27,975 nucleotides of DNA from an uncultured Eubacteriales bacterium. GTDB lineage: Bacteria; Bacillota; Clostridia; Lachnospirales; Lachnospiraceae. The notes under the pieces were generated by a model. It saw nothing but the letters and a program-made list of their open reading frames with translations, searched no databases and was not told where the DNA came from. Shown piece after piece: positions 23,777-27,975 of the stretch. Where the stretch lies: assembly GCA_902783795.1 (NCBI GenBank), contig CACZSO010000363.1, forward strand, positions 1 to 27,975, read 5' to 3'. Each line of letters starts with the position of its first letter. The first letter of the stretch is position 1. The translations under genes and the position numbers were made by a program.

Positions 23777-24847
23777 TCAGGCCTTGAAATCTTCGTACTC
23801 TTCCACCCTGATATCATCAAAGGTCGCCATCTTCTGATACACCAGAAGTCCCATATCCAGAAGCGGAAGGGCCGCAACTGCCCCGCTGCCTTCACCTACA
23901 CACATATCTGCTATAATGAGCGGCGAAAGGCCCAAGGCGTCTAAAACTGCCATGCCGGCCTTTTCTTTTGAAACATGGCTGGCAAACAGGTATTCCTTCA
24001 CCAGCGGACATAAACTGACCGCCAATACAGCGGCAGCCCCGGTGATCAGTCCGTCTAAAAGCACCGGGATATGATAGATGGCACCGCCCAGACACAGTCC
24101 CATAAGTCCTGCGATATCCAGGCCCCCTACTTTTCTTAAGACATCCACCGGATCCGTATTATCCGGCTGATGCTTTTCGATCCCTTCTTTAATGACCCGG
24201 ATCTTCCTTAGCAGCCCTTCATCAGATAACCCGGCCCCGTAGCCGGTCATCTCTTCCACAGAACGTTTCAGCATAACAGAAAGCACCGCACTGGAAGTGG
24301 TCGTATTTCCTATGCCCATCTCTCCGGTAAGCAGGATATCCATGCCGTCTATTTTCGCCTGTTCTGCCTTCCGGATACCGATATTGATGGCTTTCAGGGC
24401 TTCTTCACGTGTCATGGCCGGCTGTAGAAGAAAGTCTTCGGTACCATAAGAGACCTTATCCTCCGGGACTGTCACACCCTCTACATCCACAGCGACCCCG
24501 ATGTCCACCGGCACCACTTCACAGTCTGCCATACCTGCCATAAGTGCCACGGTACTCACGCCCTTTTTAAAATTTCCGGTGACCGTGGCCGTCACTTCCT
24601 GACCTGTCTGGCTCACGCCTTCTTTGACCACCCCATTATCTGCGCACATGATCACCAGCCGGCGTTTTTTCAGCTGTACATCGGCAGTCTTCCGGATCCC
24701 CGCCAGGCGGATCACCGCATCTTCCAGCTTCCCTAAAGAATACAGCGGCTTCCCGATATGCCGCCAATGTTCCTTCGCTTCCTGCATGGCCTGTCTGTCA
24801 GCCGGCTGTATCCTGGCTATGATCTCCTGTATGGTAAGATCTTTCAT
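23777..24847 (-). CDS. cobT: Nicotinate-nucleotide--dimethylbenzimidazole phosphoribosyltransferase
   Basis: KPLYSLGKLE, ADNGVVKEGVS, TGEMGIGNTTTSSAV, VGGLDIAG, VLLDGLI, SKEKAG, GEGSGA. Start ATG 24847 after AAGGAG. Confidence 0.95.
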   Translation of the reverse strand: MKDLTIQEIIARIQPADRQAMQEAKEHWRHIGKPLYSLGKLEDAVIRLAGIRKTADVQLKKRRLVIMCADNGVVKEGVSQTGQEVTATVTGNFKKGVSTVALMAGMADCEVVPVDIGVAVDVEGVTVPEDKVSYGTEDFLLQPAMTREEALKAINIGIRKAEQAKIDGMDILLTGEMGIGNTTTSSAVLSVMLKRSVEEMTGYGAGLSDEGLLRKIRVIKEGIEKHQPDNTDPVDVLRKVGGLDIAGLMGLCLGGAIYHIPVLLDGLITGAAAVLAVSLCPLVKEYLFASHVSKEKAGMAVLDALGLSPLIIADMCVGEGSGAVAALPLLDMGLLVYQKMATFDDIRVEEYEDFKA

Positions 24848-24956
24848 CTCACACTCCTTTATGACCCGGTCCGTCTTTAAGATGTGGGAATGACCCGGCC
24901 GCAAAATCCTGTATAAACCATAACATAAAAAGGTCATATCTTCAAGCGCTAAACAA

Positions 24957-24986
24957 TGGACATTTCCATCTCACCTGTGATATAAT
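24957..24986 (+). promoter_or_regulatory. sigA-type promoter of the ThDP enzyme/aldolase operon
   Basis: TGGACA (24957-24962), 18-bp spacer, TGa-TATAAT (24981-24986). Confidence 0.65.
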
Positions 24987-25072
24987 CTAGAAAAACCAGA
25001 CCCTGTTTTTTACCGGATCTGTATAAGACAGCTCTTTCTATTATTAACTTTCGGGAGGCACAGCTTACTAAA

Positions 25073-26911
25073 ATGAAGATCAGATTAGCGGATTACGCCG
25101 CTCAGTTTTTATGTGACCATGGAGTCACGGATGTATTCAGTGTAGTGGGCGGCGGCGCCATGCACTTAAATGATGCCCTGGGACATCATCCGGGGCTGAA
25201 AGTTACGTATAATCACCACGAACAGGCCTGTGCCATCGCCGCAGAAGCCTATGCCCGGCTGGATAACCGGATCGCCGCGGTCTGTGTCACCACCGGCCCC
25301 GGCGGGACGAATGCCCTTACCGGTGTCGTAGGCGGATGGCTGGATTCCATCCCCATGTTCATCCTGTCCGGCCAGGTACGTTATGACACTACGGCCCGCT
25401 ACGGTATGCAGTTTACCGATGGTCTGCCTCTGCGCGCTTTAGGCGACCAGGAATATGATATCGTAAAATCTGTGACCCCCATGACCAAATATGCGGTCAT
25501 GATCGAGGATCCCCTGACTATCCGCTATCATCTGGAGAGAGCCTGGCATCTGGCCACCACCGGCCGTCCGGGGCCTGTCTGGGTGGATATCCCGGTAAAT
25601 TACCAGGGCATGACTATTGAAACGGATGATCTTCCCGGCTACGATCCTGCTGAAGATGATAAAGATCTGCCTCCGGCAGTCTCAAAAGAGACCCTGGATC
25701 AGGTCATTTCTCTTCTTAAAGAGGCGAAGCGACCGGTCTTCCATGCCGGCTATGGCATCCGTCTTTCCGGCGGATACCAGGTTTTCCGAGAGCTTATGGA
25801 AAAACTGAACATCCCGGTAGTCACTTACTGGAACGCGGTGGACCTGATCGAGGATGAGCATCCCTTATACTGCGGCCGTGCCGGCAATATGGGCGACCGC
25901 CCCGGCAACTGGGCCATCCAGAACGCTGACTTGATCCTGGCCATCGGCACCCGCATCTCCATCCGCCAGGTAGGCTATAATTATGACACCTGGGCCCGGG
26001 CAGCTAAAGTTGTCATGGTAGATATCGACCGGGCAGAGATGAAAAAACACACCTTGCATGTGGACCTGCCGGTATGGGCGGATGCAAAGGATTTCATAAC
26101 ACGGCTGAATGACCGGCTTTCCGGTACACTGTTTACCGGTACGGACTGGCTCGAGACCTGTCAGCGCTGGAAAAAGGAATACCCTGTCTGCCTGCCGAAA
26201 CATTGGGAGGAGAACGGGGAGACCGCCAATGTCTATGCTTTCGTGCACTACCTCTCTTCCCGGCTTCCCGAGAATTCATTGACCGCTGTTTCTAACGGCG
26301 CCTGCTGTGTGGTCGGCAACCAGACCTATGTGATCCAGAAAGGCAGCCGCATGGCAAATAACAGTGCTATCGCCTCTATGGGCTACGGACTGCCGGCAGC
26401 TATCGGCACCTGTATCGGCGGAGGCCGCCGGACCACCATCTGCTTAGAAGGCGACGGTTCCATCATGATGAACCTGCAGGAGCTTCAGACTATTTTGACG
26501 AACCGCCTGCCCATTAAGATCTTCCTGATCAATAATAACGGCTATCACTCCATCCGGATCACCCAGACTAATCTGTTTTCCGAGCATACCAAGGTAGGCA
26601 TCGGGCCGGAATCCAAAGATCTGTCCTTCCCGGATTTCCGGAAGATCGCCCAGGCATTCGGCTACCCCTATTTTGAGGCCCACAGTAATAAAGAGATGAT
26701 GATGGTGGTGGACCGGGTACTGGAAACACCGGGGCCGGTATTTACAGAGATCTTTACGGACACTGTCCAGGTCTGGGAGCCAAAGAGCGCCACAAAGAAA
26801 CTGGAAGACGGTACTCTGGTCAGCCCGCCTCTGGAAGACCTGGCGCCGTTCCTTCCCAGAGAAGAACTGAAGAAAATTATGATCATCCCACTCATCGATG
26901 AGGAAGGATAA
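25073..26911 (+). CDS. Thiamine-diphosphate-dependent enzyme (acetolactate-synthase-like; polysaccharide-locus/YerE-like clade suspected)
   Basis: GGGAMHLND, HHEQACAIAAEAY (catalytic Glu), TTGPGGTNA, GRPGPVWVDIP, SMGYGLPAAIG, ThDP motif EGDGSIMMNLQEL...NNNGY. Confidence 0.9.
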   Translation: MKIRLADYAAQFLCDHGVTDVFSVVGGGAMHLNDALGHHPGLKVTYNHHEQACAIAAEAYARLDNRIAAVCVTTGPGGTNALTGVVGGWLDSIPMFILSGQVRYDTTARYGMQFTDGLPLRALGDQEYDIVKSVTPMTKYAVMIEDPLTIRYHLERAWHLATTGRPGPVWVDIPVNYQGMTIETDDLPGYDPAEDDKDLPPAVSKETLDQVISLLKEAKRPVFHAGYGIRLSGGYQVFRELMEKLNIPVVTYWNAVDLIEDEHPLYCGRAGNMGDRPGNWAIQNADLILAIGTRISIRQVGYNYDTWARAAKVVMVDIDRAEMKKHTLHVDLPVWADAKDFITRLNDRLSGTLFTGTDWLETCQRWKKEYPVCLPKHWEENGETANVYAFVHYLSSRLPENSLTAVSNGACCVVGNQTYVIQKGSRMANNSAIASMGYGLPAAIGTCIGGGRRTTICLEGDGSIMMNLQELQTILTNRLPIKIFLINNNGYHSIRITQTNLFSEHTKVGIGPESKDLSFPDFRKIAQAFGYPYFEAHSNKEMMMVVDRVLETPGPVFTEIFTDTVQVWEPKSATKKLEDGTLVSPPLEDLAPFLPREELKKIMIIPLIDEEG

Positions 26912-26915
26912 ACCT

Positions 26916-27975
26916 ATGGGAAAAGTCCATCTGTTAGACTGTACTCTCCGTGACGGCGGCTATATCAATGACTGGCGCTTTACGGAAGACGGGATACACG
27001 GCATTTTAAAAAAGCTTAAAAACACCGGCATAGAGATGATCGAGATCGGTTTTCTCAAAGGGTCTTCTTATGATCCTGACCGGACGATGTTCCCGGATAC
27101 CCTTTCCTGTGACCGCGTCCTTCAGGACCGGGACCCTGACATCACCTATGTGAGCATGCTGGATATGACGGCCCCGGTGCCCCTTTCCTGCATCACAGAA
27201 AGAAAGCCCCAGGGCCTGGACGGCATCCGAGTCATATTTAAAAAGCATAAGATCGAGGAAGCCTATCCTTACTGTGCCCATATAAAAAAAATGGGCTATA
27301 AGCTTTTCGTCAACCTGGTCTCTACGGACCAGTATTCAGACGAAGAATTCATCTCCTGCCTGAAGAAATACGAAGCTCTGTCCCCGGATGGCTTTACCAT
27401 CGTGGACACCTTCGGCCTCATCAAGCGTAAACAGTTCCTTCATTATGTCCATCTGATCCATGAGACAGCCGATCCTCAGATCATGCTCTGTTATCACGCC
27501 CATAATAATCTGCAGCAGGCCTTTGGAAATGCGGAGGCTTTGATCGACCTGGATCTTCCGCGTGATATCTGCATCGACGCCTGTGTCTTTGGCATGGGAC
27601 GCGGAGCAGGAAATCTCTGTCTGGAGCTTTTTGCTGATTATATGAATGAAAATTTCGGCACCGGATACCGGATCCAGCCTATGCTGGAGATCATGGATGA
27701 GTATCTGACGGAGTTTTACCGGCGGCGTTTCTGGGGCTATGCCCTGCCCTATTATCTCACCGCATCTTTAGGATGTCATCCGAACTACGGCACTTATCTC
27801 GCTGAAAAAGGAACTTTGACGGAAAAGATGTTCAATGAGATCCTGAAAAGCATTTCCCCTGAGGATAAGCTGACCTTCTCACAGGAAAAAGCAGAACAGT
27901 ATTTCCTGGCCTATATGGAAAGCTTCCTGGATGACCGGGAAGACCTGGCCCGGCTTTCTGACCTCCTTAACGGAA
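26916..27975 (+). CDS. DRE-TIM metallolyase / HMGL-like aldolase catalytic-domain protein (partial, runs off the window; not in the ORF track)
   Basis: Hand translation is open from ATG 26916 to the window end: MGKVHLLDCTLRDGGYINDW...IVDTFG...YHAHNNLQQAFGN...DACVFGMGRGAGNL...WGYALPY...CHPNY; continues beyond the TIM barrel. Confidence 0.9.
   Translation, partial: MGKVHLLDCTLRDGGYINDWRFTEDGIHGILKKLKNTGIEMIEIGFLKGSSYDPDRTMFPDTLSCDRVLQDRDPDITYVSMLDMTAPVPLSCITERKPQGLDGIRVIFKKHKIEEAYPYCAHIKKMGYKLFVNLVSTDQYSDEEFISCLKKYEALSPDGFTIVDTFGLIKRKQFLHYVHLIHETADPQIMLCYHAHNNLQQAFGNAEALIDLDLPRDICIDACVFGMGRGAGNLCLELFADYMNENFGTGYRIQPMLEIMDEYLTEFYRRRFWGYALPYYLTASLGCHPNYGTYLAEKGTLTEKMFNEILKSISPEDKLTFSQEKAEQYFLAYMESFLDDREDLARLSDLLNG

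Noticed and set aside
25015-25031. GGATCTGTATAAGACAG, resembling the Tn5 mosaic end/Nextera adapter AGATGTGTATAAGAGACAG
   Set aside because: Two substitutions and a 2-nt deletion are needed and the context is an intact leader; most likely chance.
1-27975. CRISPR array, rRNA, transposase, toxin-antitoxin or phage genes
   Set aside because: No regularly spaced repeats or diagnostic protein motifs seen anywhere in the window.

Overview
Mostly core chromosome of a Gram-positive anaerobe; gene content and order suggest Clostridia, probably Lachnospiraceae (inference). Left to right: 5' part of RNase P RNA (rnpB, truncated by the window), trmK, dnaG, dGTPase-like HD protein (all minus); hpf (plus); a minus-strand cell-envelope cluster of two paralogous SH3-coiled-coil-NlpC/P60 hydrolases, an MBOAT O-acyltransferase and a DHHW-family protein; a FabG/YmfI-like SDR (plus); a minus-strand run of nitroreductase, U32 protein, era, recO, an unknown lipoprotein and glycyl-tRNA synthetase; an AI-2E transporter (plus); tRNA-Trp and tRNA-Pro; dnaE, a HAD phosphatase and cobT (minus); and a ThDP-dependent enzyme plus a DRE-TIM aldolase-like gene running off the right end. 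No mobile element, CRISPR array or rRNA was seen. Best candidate for an undescribed system: the tandem autolysin + O-acetylation cluster (4630-11270). It has two exact WalR-type boxes, a candidate antisense promoter, an internal terminator, and a helical domain shared by the two hydrolases that I do not recognise. Also notable: rpoD is missing from its usual place after dnaG, a lipoprotein sits between recO and glyQS, and the ThDP/aldolase pair may make an unusual sugar. All calls come from reading sequence and motifs; no searches were run.
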